Source: Auanema rhodensis (lineage: Eukaryota > Animalia > Nematoda). Taken from it: a stretch of 64,000 nucleotides of DNA. This document shows, piece by piece, positions 38,501-53,500 of the stretch (the stretch's first letter is position 1; every line of letters begins with the position of its first letter). A program made the translations under genes and the position numbers. The stretch spans positions 21,142,001 to 21,206,000 of the forward strand of contig OZ059899.1 of the NCBI GenBank assembly GCA_964057225.1, read 5' to 3'. Below the pieces are notes generated by a model. It made no database searches. It saw nothing but the letters and a program-made list of their open reading frames with translations, and was not told where the DNA came from.

Positions 38501-41500
38501 ATTTTTTGAAAAAATTTTTGTCAAAATGTTTTTGGAAGCAATGTTGAGTGTACATGGAAACTCAACATACACTAATGCATCATTTTTCAAACGATCATAA
38601 CTAATTTTTGTATTAAGCGTTTCTCAAAGTAGTATAGTGCATTCGATGCGGATTTTTAAGCTGCGTCGATCTGTGTTATCAGATTTGCGCTAGCTTAAAA
38701 ATGCACCGAGATATCAACTAATATAAGTTCACACTTATATTCTCGATTTTCACCCTGAAGAATTAATTTTTTCGTTGAATAACATTGTCCATCGTCTTTG
38801 CCTTGAAAAAAGGAATCTAAAAACATCTACTTTTTGCTAAATTATTTTGAAATTTTTCGAAAAAATTTTTGTCAAAATGTTTTTGGAAGCAATGTTGAGT
38901 GTACATGGAAACTCAACGTACACTAATGCATCATTTTTCAAACGATCATAACTAATTTTTGTATTAAGCGTTTCTCAATGTAGTATAGTGCATTCGATGC
39001 GGATTTTTAAGCTGCGTCGATCTGTGTTATCAGATTTGCGCTAGCTTAAAAATGCACCGAGATATCAACTGATATAAGTTCACACTTATATCCTCGATTT
39101 TCACCCTGAAGAATTAATTTTTTCGTTGAATAACATTGTCCATCGTCTTTGCCTTGAAAAAAGGAATCTAAAAACATCTACTTTTTGCTAAATTATTTTG
39201 AAATTTTTTGAAAAAATTTTTGTCAAAATGTTTTTGGAAGCAATGTTGACTGTACATGGAAACTCAACATACACTAATGCATCATTTTTCAAACGATCAT
39301 AACTAATTTTTGTATTAAGCGTTTTTCAATGTAGTATAGTGCATTCGATGCGGATTTTTAAGCTGCGTCGATCTGTGTTATCAGATTTGCGCTAGCTTAA
39401 AAATGCACCGAGATATCAACTGATATAAGTTCACACTTATATCCTCGATTTTCACATTGAAGAATTAATTTTTTCGTTGAATAACATTGTCCATCGTCTT
39501 CGCCTTGAAAAAAGGAATCTAAAACCATCTACTTTTTGCTAAATTATTTTGAAATTTTTTGAAAAAATTTTTGTCAAAATGTTTTTGGAAGCAATGTTGA
39601 GTGTACATGGAAACTCAACATACACTAATGCATCATTTTTCAAACGATCATAACTAATTTTTGTATTAAGCGTTTCTCAAAGTAGTATAGTGCATTCGAT
39701 GCGGATTTTTAAGCTGCGTCGATCTGTGTTATCAGATTTGCGCTAGCTTAAAAATGCACCGAGATATCAACTAATATAAGTTCACACTTATATTCTCGAT
39801 TTTCACCCTGAAGAATTAATTTTTTCGTTGAATAACATTGTCCATCGTCTTTGCCTTGAAAAAAGGAATCTAAAAACATCTACTTTTTGCTAAATTATTT
39901 TGAAATTTTTCGAAAAAATTTTTGTCAAAATGTTTTTGGAAGCAATGTTGAGTGTACATGGAAACTCAACGTACACTAATGCATCATTTTTCAAACGATC
40001 ATAACTAATTTTTGTATTAAGCGTTTCTCAATGTAGTATAGTGCATTCGATGCGGATTTTTAAGCTGCGTCGATCTGTGTTATCAGATTTGCGCTAGCTT
40101 AAAAATGCACCGAGATATCAACTGATATAAGTTCACACTTATATCCTCGATTTTCACCCTGAAGAATTAATTTTTTCGTTGAATAACATTGTCCATCGTC
40201 TTTGCCTTGAAAAAAGGAATCTAAAAACATCTACTTTTTGCTAAATTATTTTGAAATTTTTCGAAAAAATTTTTGTCAAAATGTTTTTGGAAGCAATGTT
40301 GAGTGTACATGGAAACTCAACGTACACTAATGCATCATTTTTCAAACGATCATAACTAATTTTTGTATTAAGCGTTTCTCAATATAGTATAGTGCATTCG
40401 ATGCGGATTTTTAAGCTGCGTCGATCTGTATTATTAGATTTGCGCTAGCTTAAAAATGCACCGAGATATCAACTGATATAAGTTCACACTTATATCCTCG
40501 ATTTTCACCCTGAAGAATTAATTTTTTCGTTGAATAACATTGTCCATCGTCTTTGCCTTGAAAAAAGGAATCTAAAAACATCTACTTTTTGCTAAATTAT
40601 TTTGAAATTTTTTGAAAAAATTTTTGTCAAAATGTTTTTGGAAGCAATGTTGAGTGTACATGGAAACTCAACATACACTAATGCATCATTTTTCAAACGA
40701 TCATAACTAATTTTTGTATTAAGCGTTTCTCAAAGTAGTATAGTGCATTCGATGCGGATTTTTAAGCTGCGTCGATCTGTGTTATCAGATTTGCGCTAGC
40801 TTAAAAATGCACCGAGATATCAACTGATATAAGTTCACACTTATATCCTCGATTTTCACCCTGAAGAATTAATTTTTTCGTTGAATAACATTGTCCATCG
40901 TCTTTGCCTTGAAAAAAGGAATCTAAAAACATCTACTTTTTGCTAAATTATTTTGAAATTTTTTGAAAAAATTTTTGTCAAAATGTTTTTGGAAGCAATG
41001 TTGAGTGTACATGGAAACTCAACGTACACTAATGCATCATTTTTCAAACGATCATAACTAATTTTTGCATTAAGCGTTTCTCAAAGTAGTATAGTGCATT
41101 CGATGCGGATTTTTAAGCTGCGTCGATCTGTGTTATCAGATTTGCGCTAGCTTAAAAATGCACCGAGATATCAACTGATATAAGTTCACACATATATCCT
41201 CGATTTTCACCCTGAAGAATTAATTTTTTCGTTGAATAACATTGTCCATCGTCTTTGCCTTGAAAAAAGGAATCTAAAAACATCTACTTTTTGCTAAATT
41301 ATTTTGAAATTTTTTGAAAAAATTTTTGTCAAAATGTTTTTGGAAGCAATGTTGACTGTACATGGAAACTCAACATACACTAATGCATCATTTTTCAAAC
41401 GATCATAACTAATTTTTGTATTAAGCGTTTCTCAAAGTAGTATAGTGCATTCGATGCGGATTTTTAAGCTGCGTCGATCTGTGTTATCAGATTTGCGCTA

Positions 41501-44500
41501 GCTTAAAAATGCACCGAGATATCAACTAATATAAGTTCACACTTATATTCTCGATTTTCACCCTGAAGAATTAATTTTTTCGTTGAATAACATTGTCCAT
41601 CGTCTTTGCCTTGAAAAAAGGAATCTAAAAACATCTACTTTTTGCTAAATTATTTTGAAATTTTTCGAAAAAATTTTTGTCAAAATGTTTTTGGAAGCAA
41701 TGTTGAGTGTACATGGAAACTCAACGTACACTAATGCATCATTTTTCAAACGATCATAACTAATTTTTGTATTAAGCGTTTCTCAATGTAGTATAGTGCA
41801 TTCGATGCGGATTTTTAAGCTGCGTCGATCTGTGTTATCAGATTTGCGCTAGCTTAAAAATGCACCGAGATATCAACTGATATAAGTTCACACTTATATC
41901 CTCGATTTTCACCCTGAAGAATTAATTTTTTCGTTGAATAACATTGTCCATCGTCTTTGCCTTGAAAAAAGGAATCTAAAAACATCTACTTTTTGCTAAA
42001 TTATTTTGAAATTTTTCGAAAAAATTTTTGTCAAAATGTTTTTGGAAGCAATGTTGAGTGTACATGGAAACTCAACGTACACTAATGCATCATTTTTCAA
42101 ACGATCATAACTAATTTTTGTATTAAGCGTTTCTCAATATAGTATAGTGCATTCGATGCGGATTTTTAAGCTGCGTCGATCTGTATTATTAGATTTGCGC
42201 TAGCTTAAAAATGCACCGAGATATCAACTGATATAAGTTCACACTTATATCCTCGATTTTCACCCTGAAGAATTAATTTTTTCGTTGAATAACATTGTCC
42301 ATCGTCTTTGCCTTGAAAAAAGGAATCTAAAAACATCTACTTTTTGCTAAATTATTTTGAAATTTTTTGAAAAAATTTTTGTCAAAATGTTTTTGGAAGC
42401 AATGTTGAGTGTACATGGAAACTCAACATACACTAATGCATCATTTTTCAAACGATCATAACTAATTTTTGTATTAAGCGTTTCTCAAAGTAGTATAGTG
42501 CATTCGATGCGGATTTTTAAGCTGCGTCGATCTGTGTTATCAGATTTGCGCTAGCTTAAAAATGCACCGAGATATCAACTGATATAAGTTCACACTTATA
42601 TCCTCGATTTTCACCCTGAAGAATTAATTTTTTCGTTGAATAACATTGTCCATCGTCTTTGCCTTGAAAAAAGGAATCTAAAAACATCTACTTTTTGCTA
42701 AATTATTTTGAAATTTTTTGAAAAAATTTTTGTCAAAATGTTTTTGGAAGCAATGTTGAGTGTACATGGAAACTCAACGTACACTAATGCATCATTTTTC
42801 AAACGATCATAACTAATTTTTGCATTAAGCGTTTCTCAAAGTAGTATAGTGCATTCGATGCGGATTTTTAAGCTGCGTCGATCTGTGTTATCAGATTTGC
42901 GCTAGCTTAAAAATGCACCGAGATATCAACTGATATAAGTTCACACATATATCCTCGATTTTCACCCTGAAGAATTAATTTTTTCGTTGAATAACATTGT
43001 CCATCGTCTTTGCCTTGAAAAAAGGAATCTAAAAACATCTACTTTTTGCTAAATTATTTTGAAATTTTTTGAAAAAATTTTTGTCAAAATGTTTTTGGAA
43101 GCAATGTTGAGTGTACATGGAAACTCAACATACACTAATGCATCATTTTTCAAACGATCATAACTAATTTTTGTATTAAGCGTTTCTCAAAGTAGTATAG
43201 TGCATTCGATGCGGATTTTTAAGCTGCGTCGATCTGTGTTATCAGATTTGCGCTAGCTTAAAAATGCACCGAGATATCAACTGATATAAGTTCACACTTA
43301 TATCCTCGATTTTCACCCTGAAGAACTAATTTTTTCGTTGAATAACATTGTCCATCGTCTTTGCCTTGAAAAAAGGAATCTAAAAACATCTACTTTTTGC
43401 TAAATTATTTTGAATTTTTTCGAAAAAAAATTTTTGTCAAAATGTTTTTGGAAGCAATGTTGAGTGTACATGGAAACTCAACATACACTAAGGCATCATT
43501 TTTCAAACGATCATAACGAATTTTTATATTAAGCGTTTCTCAATGTAGTATAGTGCATTCGATGCGAATTTTTAAGCTGCGTCGATCTGTGTTATCAGAT
43601 TTGCGCTAGCTAAAAAATGCACCGAGATATCAACTGATATAAGTTCACACTTATATCCTCGATTTTCACCCTGAAGAATTAATTTTTTCGTTGAATAACA
43701 TTGTCCATCGTCTTTGCCTTGAAAAAAGGAATCTAAAAACATCTACTTTTTGCTAAATTATTTTGAATTTTTTCGAAAAAAATTTTTGTCAAAATGTTTT
43801 TGGAAGCAATGTTGAGTGTACATGGAAACTCAACGTACACTAAGGCATCATTTTTCAAACGATCATAACTAATTTTTGTATTAAGCGTTTCTCAAAGTAG
43901 TATAGTGCATTCGATGCGGATTTTTAAGCTGCGTCGATCTGTGTTATCAGATTTGCGCTAGCTTAAAAATGCACCGAGATATCAACTGATATAAGTTCAC
44001 ACTTATATCCTCGATTTTCACCCTGAAGAATTAATTTTTTCGTTGAATAACATTGTCCATCGTCTTTGCCTTGAAAAAAGGAATCTAAAAACATCTACTT
44101 TTTGCTAAATTATTTTGAAATTTTTTGAAAAAATTTTTGTCAAAATGTTTTTGGAAGCAATGTTGAGTGTACATGGAAACTCAACGTACACTAATGCATC
44201 ATTTTTCAAACGATCATAACTAATTTTTGCATTAAGCGTTTCTCAAAGTAGTATAGTGCATTCGATGCGGATTTTTAAGCTGCGTCGATCTGTGTTATCA
44301 GATTTGCGCTAGCTTAAAAATGCACCGAGATATCAACTGATATAAGTTCACACATATATCCTCGATTTTCACCCTGAAGAATTAATTTTTTCATTGAATA
44401 ACATTGTCCATCGTCTTTGCCTTGAAAAAAGGAATCTAAAAACATCTACTTTTTGCTAAATTATTTTGAAATTTTTTGAAAAAATTTTTGTCAAAATGTT

Positions 44501-47500
44501 TTTGGAAGCAATGTTGACTGTACATGGAAACTCAACATACACTAATGCATCATTTTTCAAACGATCATAACTAATTTTTGTATTAAGCGTTTCTCAATAT
44601 AGTATAGTGCATTCGATGCGGATTTTTAAGCTGCGTCGATCTGTATTATTAGATTTGCGCTAGCTTAAAAATGCACCGAGATATCAACTGATATAAGTTC
44701 ACACTTATATCCTCGATTTTCACCCTGAAGAACTAATTTTTTCGTTGAATAACATTGTCCATCGTCTTTGCCTTGAAAAAAGGAATCTAAAAACATCTAC
44801 TTTTTGCTAAATTATTTTGAAATTTTTCGAAAAAATTTTTGTCAAAATGTTTTTGGAAGCAATGTTGAGTGTACATGGAAACTCAACGTACACTAATGCA
44901 TCATTTTTCAAACGATCATAACTAATTTTTGTATTAAGCGTTTCTCAATGTAGTATAGTGCATTCGATGCGGATTTTTAAGCTGCGTCGATCTGTGTTAT
45001 CAGATTTGCGCTAGCTTAAAAATGCACCGAGATATCAACTGATATAAGTTCACACTTATATCCTCGATTTTCACCCTGAAGAATTAATTTTTTCGTTGAA
45101 TAACATTGTCCATCGTCTTTGCCTTGAAAAAAGGAATCTAAAAACATCTACTTTTTGCTAAATTATTTTGAAATTTTTCGAAAAAATTTTTGTCAAAATG
45201 TTTTTGGAAGCAATGTTGAGTGTACATGGAAACTCAACGTACACTAATGCATCATTTTTCAAACGATCATAACTAATTTTTGTATTAAGCGTTTCTCAAT
45301 ATAGTATAGTGCATTCGATGCGGATTTTTAAGCTGCGTCGATCTGTATTATTAGATTTGCGCTAGCTTAAAAATGCACCGAGATATCAACTGATATAAGT
45401 TCACACTTATATCCTCGATTTTCACCCTGAAGAATTAATTTTTTCGTTGAATAACATTGTCCATCGTCTTTGCCTTGAAAAAAGGAATCTAAAAACATCT
45501 ACTTTTTGCTAAATTATTTTGAAATTTTTTGAAAAAATTTTTGTCAAAATGTTTTTGGAAGCAATGTTGAGTGTACATGGAAACTCAACATACACTAATG
45601 CATCATTTTTCAAACGATCATAACTAATTTTTGTATTAAGCGTTTCTCAAAGTAGTATAGTGCATTCGATGCGGATTTTTAAGCTGCGTCGATCTGTGTT
45701 ATCAGATTTGCGCTAGCTTAAAAATGCACCGAGATATCAACTGATATAAGTTCACACTTATATCCTCGATTTTCACCCTGAAGAATTAATTTTTTCGTTG
45801 AATAACATTGTCCATCGTCTTTGCCTTGAAAAAAGGAATCTAAAAACATCTACTTTTTGCTAAATTATTTTGAAATTTTTTGAAAAAATTTTTGTCAAAA
45901 TGTTTTTGGAAGCAATGTTGAGTGTACATGGAAACTCAACGTACACTAATGCATCATTTTTCAAACGATCATAACTAATTTTTGCATTAAGCGTTTCTCA
46001 AAGTAGTATAGTGCATTCGATGCGGATTTTTAAGCTGCGTCGATCTGTGTTATCAGATTTGCGCTAGCTTAAAAATGCACCGAGATATCAACTGATATAA
46101 GTTCACACTTATATCCTCGATTTTCACCCTGAAGAATTAATTTTTTCGTTGAATAACATTGTCCATCGTCTTTGCCTTGAAAAAAGGAATCTAAAAACAT
46201 CTACTTTTTGCTAAATTATTTTGAAATTTTTTGAAAAAATTTTTGTCAAAATGTTTTTGGAAGCAATGTTGACTGTACATGGAAACTCAACATACACTAA
46301 TGCATCATTTTTCAAACGATCATAACTAATTTTTGTATTAAGCGTTTTTCAATGTAGTATAGTGCATTCGATGCGGATTTTTAAGCTGCGTCGATCTGTG
46401 TTATCAGATTTGCGCTAGCTTAAAAATGCACCGAGATATCAACTGATATAAGTTCACACTTATATCCTCGATTTTCACATTGAAGAATTAATTTTTTCGT
46501 TGAATAACATTGTCCATCGTCTTCGCCTTGAAAAAAGGAATCTAAAAACATCTACTTTTTGCTAAATTATTTTGAAATTTTTTGAAAAAATTTTTGTCAA
46601 AATGTTTTTGGAAGCAATGTTGAGTGTACATGGAAACTCAACATACACTAATGCATCATTTTTCAAACGATCATAACTAATTTTTGTATTAAGCGTTTCT
46701 CAAAGTAGTATAGTGCATTCGATGCGGATTTTTAAGCTGCGTCGATCTGTGTTATCAGATTTGCGCTAGCTTAAAAATGCACCGAGATATCAACTAATAT
46801 AAGTTCACACTTATATTCTCGATTTTCACCCTGAAGAATTAATTTTTTCGTTGAATAACATTGTCCATCGTCTTTGCCTTGAAAAAAGGAATCTAAAAAC
46901 ATCTACTTTTTGCTAAATTATTTTGAAATTTTTCGAAAAAATTTTTGTCAAAATGTTTTTGGAAGCAATGTTGAGTGTACATGGAAACTCAACGTACACT
47001 AATGCATCATTTTTCAAACGATCATAACTAATTTTTGTATTAAGCGTTTCTCAATGTAGTATAGTGCATTCGATGCGGATTTTTAAGCTGCGTCGATCTG
47101 TGTTATCAGATTTGCGCTAGCTTAAAAATGCACCGAGATATCAACTGATATAAGTTCACACTTATATCCTCGATTTTCACCCTGAAGAATTAATTTTTTC
47201 GTTGAATAACATTGTCCATCGTCTTTGCCTTGAAAAAAGGAATCTAAAAACATCTACTTTTTGCTAAATTATTTTGAAATTTTTTGAAAAAATTTTTGTC
47301 AAAATGTTTTTGGAAGCAATGTTGACTGTACATGGAAACTCAACATACACTAATGCATCATTTTTCAAACGATCATAACTAATTTTTGTATTAAGCGTTT
47401 TTCAATGTAGTATAGTGCATTCGATGCGGATTTTTAAGCTGCGTCGATCTGTGTTATCAGATTTGCGCTAGCTTAAAAATGCACCGAGATATCAACTGAT

Positions 47501-50500
47501 ATAAGTTCACACTTATATCCTCGATTTTCACATTGAAGAATTAATTTTTTCGTTGAATAACATTGTCCATCGTCTTCGCCTTGAAAAAAGGAATCTAAAA
47601 ACATCTACTTTTTGCTAAATTATTTTGAAATTTTTTGAAAAAATTTTTGTCAAAATGTTTTTGGAAGCAATGTTGAGTGTACATGGAAACTCAACATACA
47701 CTAATGCATCATTTTTCAAACGATCATAACTAATTTTTGTATTAAGCGTTTCTCAAAGTAGTATAGTGCATTCGATGCGGATTTTTAAGCTGCGTCGATC
47801 TGTGTTATCAGATTTGCGCTAGCTTAAAAATGCACCGAGATATCAACTAATATAAGTTCACACTTATATTCTCGATTTTCACCCTGAAGAATTAATTTTT
47901 TCGTTGAATAACATTGTCCATCGTCTTTGCCTTGAAAAAAGGAATCTAAAAACATCTACTTTTTGCTAAATTATTTTGAAATTTTTCGAAAAAATTTTTG
48001 TCAAAATGTTTTTGGAAGCAATGTTGAGTGTACATGGAAACTCAACGTACACTAATGCATCATTTTTCAAACGATCATAACTAATTTTTGTATTAAGCGT
48101 TTCTCAATGTAGTATAGTGCATTCGATGCGGATTTTTAAGCTGCGTCGATCTGTGTTATCAGATTTGCGCTAGCTTAAAAATGCACCGAGATATCAACTG
48201 ATATAAGTTCACACTTATATCCTCGATTTTCACCCTGAAGAATTAATTTTTTCGTTGAATAACATTGTCCATCGTCTTTGCCTTGAAAAAAGGAATCTAA
48301 AAACATCTACTTTTTGCTAAATTATTTTGAAATTTTTTGAAAAAATTTTTGTCAAAATGTTTTTGGAAGCAATGTTGACTGTACATGGAAACTCAACATA
48401 CACTAATGCATCATTTTTCAAACGATCATAACTAATTTTTGTATTAAGCGTTTTTCAATGTAGTATAGTGCATTCGATGCGGATTTTTAAGCTGCGTCGA
48501 TCTGTGTTATCAGATTTGCGCTAGCTTAAAAATGCACCGAGATATCAACTGATATAAGTTCACACTTATATCCTCGATTTTCACATTGAAGAATTAATTT
48601 TTTCGTTGAATAACATTGTCCATCGTCTTCGCCTTGAAAAAAGGAATCTAAAAACATCTACTTTTTGCTAAATTATTTTGAAATTTTTTGAAAAAATTTT
48701 TGTCAAAATGTTTTTGGAAGCAATGTTGAGTGTACATGGAAACTCAACATACACTAATGCATCATTTTTCAAACGATCATAACTAATTTTTGTATTAAGC
48801 GTTTCTCAAAGTAGTATAGTGCATTCGATGCGGATTTTTAAGCTGCGTCGATCTGTGTTATCAGATTTGCGCTAGCTTAAAAATGCACCGAGATATCAAC
48901 TAATATAAGTTCACACTTATATTCTCGATTTTCACCCTGAAGAATTAATTTTTTCGTTGAATAACATTGTCCATCGTCTTTGCCTTGAAAAAAGGAATCT
49001 AAAAACATCTACTTTTTGCTAAATTATTTTGAAATTTTTCGAAAAAATTTTTGTCAAAATGTTTTTGGAAGCAATGTTGAGTGTACATGGAAACTCAACG
49101 TACACTAATGCATCATTTTTCAAACGATCATAACTAATTTTTGTATTAAGCGTTTCTCAATGTAGTATAGTGCATTCGATGCGGATTTTTAAGCTGCGTC
49201 GATCTGTGTTATCAGATTTGCGCTAGCTTAAAAATGCACCGAGATATCAACTGATATAAGTTCACACTTATATCCTCGATTTTCACCCTGAAGAATTAAT
49301 TTTTTCGTTGAATAACATTGTCCATCGTCTTTGCCTTGAAAAAAGGAATCTAAAAACATCTACTTTTTGCTAAATTATTTTGAAATTTTTCGAAAAAATT
49401 TTTGTCAAAATGTTTTTGGAAGCAATGTTGAGTGTACATGGAAACTCAACGTACACTAATGCATCATTTTTCAAACGATCATAACTAATTTTTGTATTAA
49501 GCGTTTCTCAATATAGTATAGTGCATTCGATGCGGATTTTTAAGCTGCGTCGATCTGTATTATTAGATTTGCGCTAGCTTAAAAATGCACCGAGATATCA
49601 ACTGATATAAGTTCACACTTATATCCTCGATTTTCACCCTGAAGAATTAATTTTTTCGTTGAATAACATTGTCCATCGTCTTTGCCTTGAAAAAAGGAAT
49701 CTAAAAACATCTACTTTTTGCTAAATTATTTTGAAATTTTTTGAAAAAATTTTTGTCAAAATGTTTTTGGAAGCAATGTTGAGTGTACATGGAAACTCAA
49801 CATACACTAATGCATCATTTTTCAAACGATCATAACTAATTTTTGTATTAAGCGTTTCTCAAAGTAGTATAGTGCATTCGATGCGGATTTTTAAGCTGCG
49901 TCGATCTGTGTTATCAGATTTGCGCTAGCTTAAAAATGCACCGAGATATCAACTGATATAAGTTCACACTTATATCCTCGATTTTCACCCTGAAGAATTA
50001 ATTTTTTCGTTGAATAACATTGTCCATCGTCTTTGCCTTGAAAAAAGGAATCTAAAAACATCTACTTTTTGCTAAATTATTTTGAAATTTTTTGAAAAAA
50101 TTTTTGTCAAAATGTTTTTGGAAGCAATGTTGAGTGTACATGGAAACTCAACGTACACTAATGCATCATTTTTCAAACGATCATAACTAATTTTTGCATT
50201 AAGCGTTTCTCAAAGTAGTATAGTGCATTCGATGCGGATTTTTAAGCTGCGTCGATCTGTGTTATCAGATTTGCGCTAGCTTAAAAATGCACCGAGATAT
50301 CAACTGATATAAGTTCACACATATATCCTCGATTTTCACCCTGAAGAATTAATTTTTTCGTTGAATAACATTGTCCATCGTCTTTGCCTTGAAAAAAGGA
50401 ATCTAAAAACATCTACTTTTTGCTAAATTATTTTGAAATTTTTTGAAAAAATTTTTGTCAAAATGTTTTTGGAAGCAATGTTGACTGTACATGGAAACTC

Positions 50501-53500
50501 AACATACACTAATGCATCATTTTTCAAACGATCATAACTAATTTTTGTATTAAGCGTTTTTCAATGTAGTATAGTGCATTCGATGCGGATTTTTAAGCTG
50601 CGTCGATCTGTGTTATCAGATTTGCGCTAGCTTAAAAATGCACCGAGATATCAACTGATATAAGTTCACACTTATATCCTCGATTTTCACCCTGAAGAAT
50701 TAATTTTTTCGTTGAATAACATTGTCCATCGTCTTCGCCTTGAAAAAAGGAATCTAAAAACATCTACTTTTTGCTAAATTATTTTGAAATTTTTTGAAAA
50801 AATTTTTGTCAAAATGTTTTTGGAAGCAATGTTGAGTGTACATGGAAACTCAACATACACTAATGCATCATTTTTCAAACGATCATAACTAATTTTTGTA
50901 TTAAGCGTTTCTCAAAGTAGTATAGTGCATTCGATGCGGATTTTTAAGCTGCGTCGATCTGTGTTATCAGATTTGCGCTAGCTTAAAAATGCACCGAGAT
51001 ATCAACTGATATAAGTTCACACTTATATCCTCGATTTTCACCCTGAAGAACTAATTTTTTCGTTGAATAACATTGTCCATCGTCTTTGCCTTGAAAAAAG
51101 GAATCTAAAAACATCTACTTTTTGCTAAATTATTTTGAATTTTTTCGAAAAAAAATTTTTGTCAAAATGTTTTTGGAAGCAATGTTGAGTGTACATGGAA
51201 ACTCAACATACACTAAGGCATCATTTTTCAAACGATCATAACGAATTTTTATATTAAGCGTTTCTCAATGTAGTATAGTGCATTCGATGCGAATTTTTAA
51301 GCTGCGTCGATCTGTGTTATCAGATTTGCGCTAGCTAAAAAATGCACCGAGATATCAACTGATATAAGTTCACACTTATATCCTCGATTTTCACCCTGAA
51401 GAATTAATTTTTTCGTTGAATAACATTGTCCATCGTCTTTGCCTTGAAAAAAGGAATCTAAAAACATCTACTTTTTGCTAAATTATTTTGAATTTTTTCG
51501 AAAAAAATTTTTGTCAAAATGTTTTTGGAAGCAATGTTGAGTGTACATGGAAACTCAACGTACACTAAGGCATCATTTTTCAAACGATCATAACTAATTT
51601 TTGTATTAAGCGTTTCTCAAAGTAGTATAGTGCATTCGATGCGGATTTTTAAGCTGCGTCGATCTGTGTTATCAGATTTGCGCTAGCTTAAAAATGCACC
51701 GAGATATCAACTGATATAAGTTCACACTTATATCCTCGATTTTCACCCTGAAGAATTAATTTTTTCGTTGAATAACATTGTCCATCGTCTTTGCCTTGAA
51801 AAAAGGAATCTAAAAACATCTACTTTTTGCTAAATTATTTTGAAATTTTTTGAAAAAATTTTTGTCAAAATGTTTTTGGAAGCAATGTTGAGTGTACATG
51901 GAAACTCAACGTACACTAATGCATCATTTTTCAAACGATCATAACTAATTTTTGCATTAAGCGTTTCTCAAAGTAGTATAGTGCATTCGATGCGGATTTT
52001 TAAGCTGCGTCGATCTGTGTTATCAGATTTGCGCTAGCTTAAAAATGCACCGAGATATCAACTGATATAAGTTCACACATATATCCTCGATTTTCACCCT
52101 GAAGAATTAATTTTTTCATTGAATAACATTGTCCATCGTCTTTGCCTTGAAAAAAGGAATCTAAAAACATCTACTTTTTGCTAAATTATTTTGAAATTTT
52201 TTGAAAAAATTTTTGTCAAAATGTTTTTGGAAGCAATGTTGACTGTACATGGAAACTCAACATACACTAATGCATCATTTTTCAAACGATCATAACTAAT
52301 TTTTGTATTAAGCGTTTCTCAATATAGTATAGTGCATTCGATGCGGATTTTTAAGCTGCGTCGATCTGTATTATTAGATTTGCGCTAGCTTAAAAATGCA
52401 CCGAGATATCAACTGATATAAGTTCACACTTATATCCTCGATTTTCACCCTGAAGAATTAATTTTTTCGTTGAATAACATTGTCCATCGTCTTTGCCTTG
52501 AAAAAAGGAATCTAAAAACATCTACTTTTTGCTAAATTATTTTGAAATTTTTTGAAAAAATTTTTGTCAAAATGTTTTTGGAAGCAATGTTGAGTGTACA
52601 TGGAAACTCAACATACACTAATGCATCATTTTTCAAACGATCATAACTAATTTTTGTATTAAGCGTTTCTCAAAGTAGTATAGTGCATTCGATGCGGATT
52701 TTTAAGCTGCGTCGATCTGTGTTATCAGATTTGCGCTAGCTTAAAAATGCACCGAGATATCAACTGATATAAGTTCACACTTATATCCTCGATTTTCACC
52801 CTGAAGAATTAATTTTTTCGTTGAATAACATTGTCCATCGTCTTTGCCTTGAAAAAAGGAATCTAAAAACATCTACTTTTTGCTAAATTATTTTGCAATT
52901 TTTTGAAAAAATTTTTGTCAAAATGTTTTTGGAAGCAATGTTGAGTGTACATGGAAACTCAACGTACACTAATGCATCATTTTTCAAACGATCATAACTA
53001 ATTTTTGCATTAAGCGTTTCTCAAAGTAGTATAGTGCATTCGATGCGGATTTTTAAGCTGCGTCGATCTGTGTTATCAGATTTGCGCTAGCTTAAAAATG
53101 CACCGAGATATCAACTGATATAAGTTCACACATATATCCTCGATTTTCACCCTGAAGAATTAATTTTTTCGTTGAATAACATTGTCCATCGTCTTTGCCT
53201 TGAAAAAAGGAATCTAAAAACATCTACTTTTTGCTAAATTATTTTGAAATTTTTTGAAAAAATTTTTGTCAAAATGTTTTTGGAAGCAATGTTGACTGTA
53301 CATGGAAACTCAACATACACTAATGCATCATTTTTCAAACGATCATAACTAATTTTTGTATTAAGCGTTTCTCAATATAGTATAGTGCATTCGATGCGGA
53401 TTTTTAAGCTGCGTCGATCTGTATTATTAGATTTGCGCTAGCTTAAAAATGCACCGAGATATCAACTGATATAAGTTCACACTTATATCCTCGATTTTCA

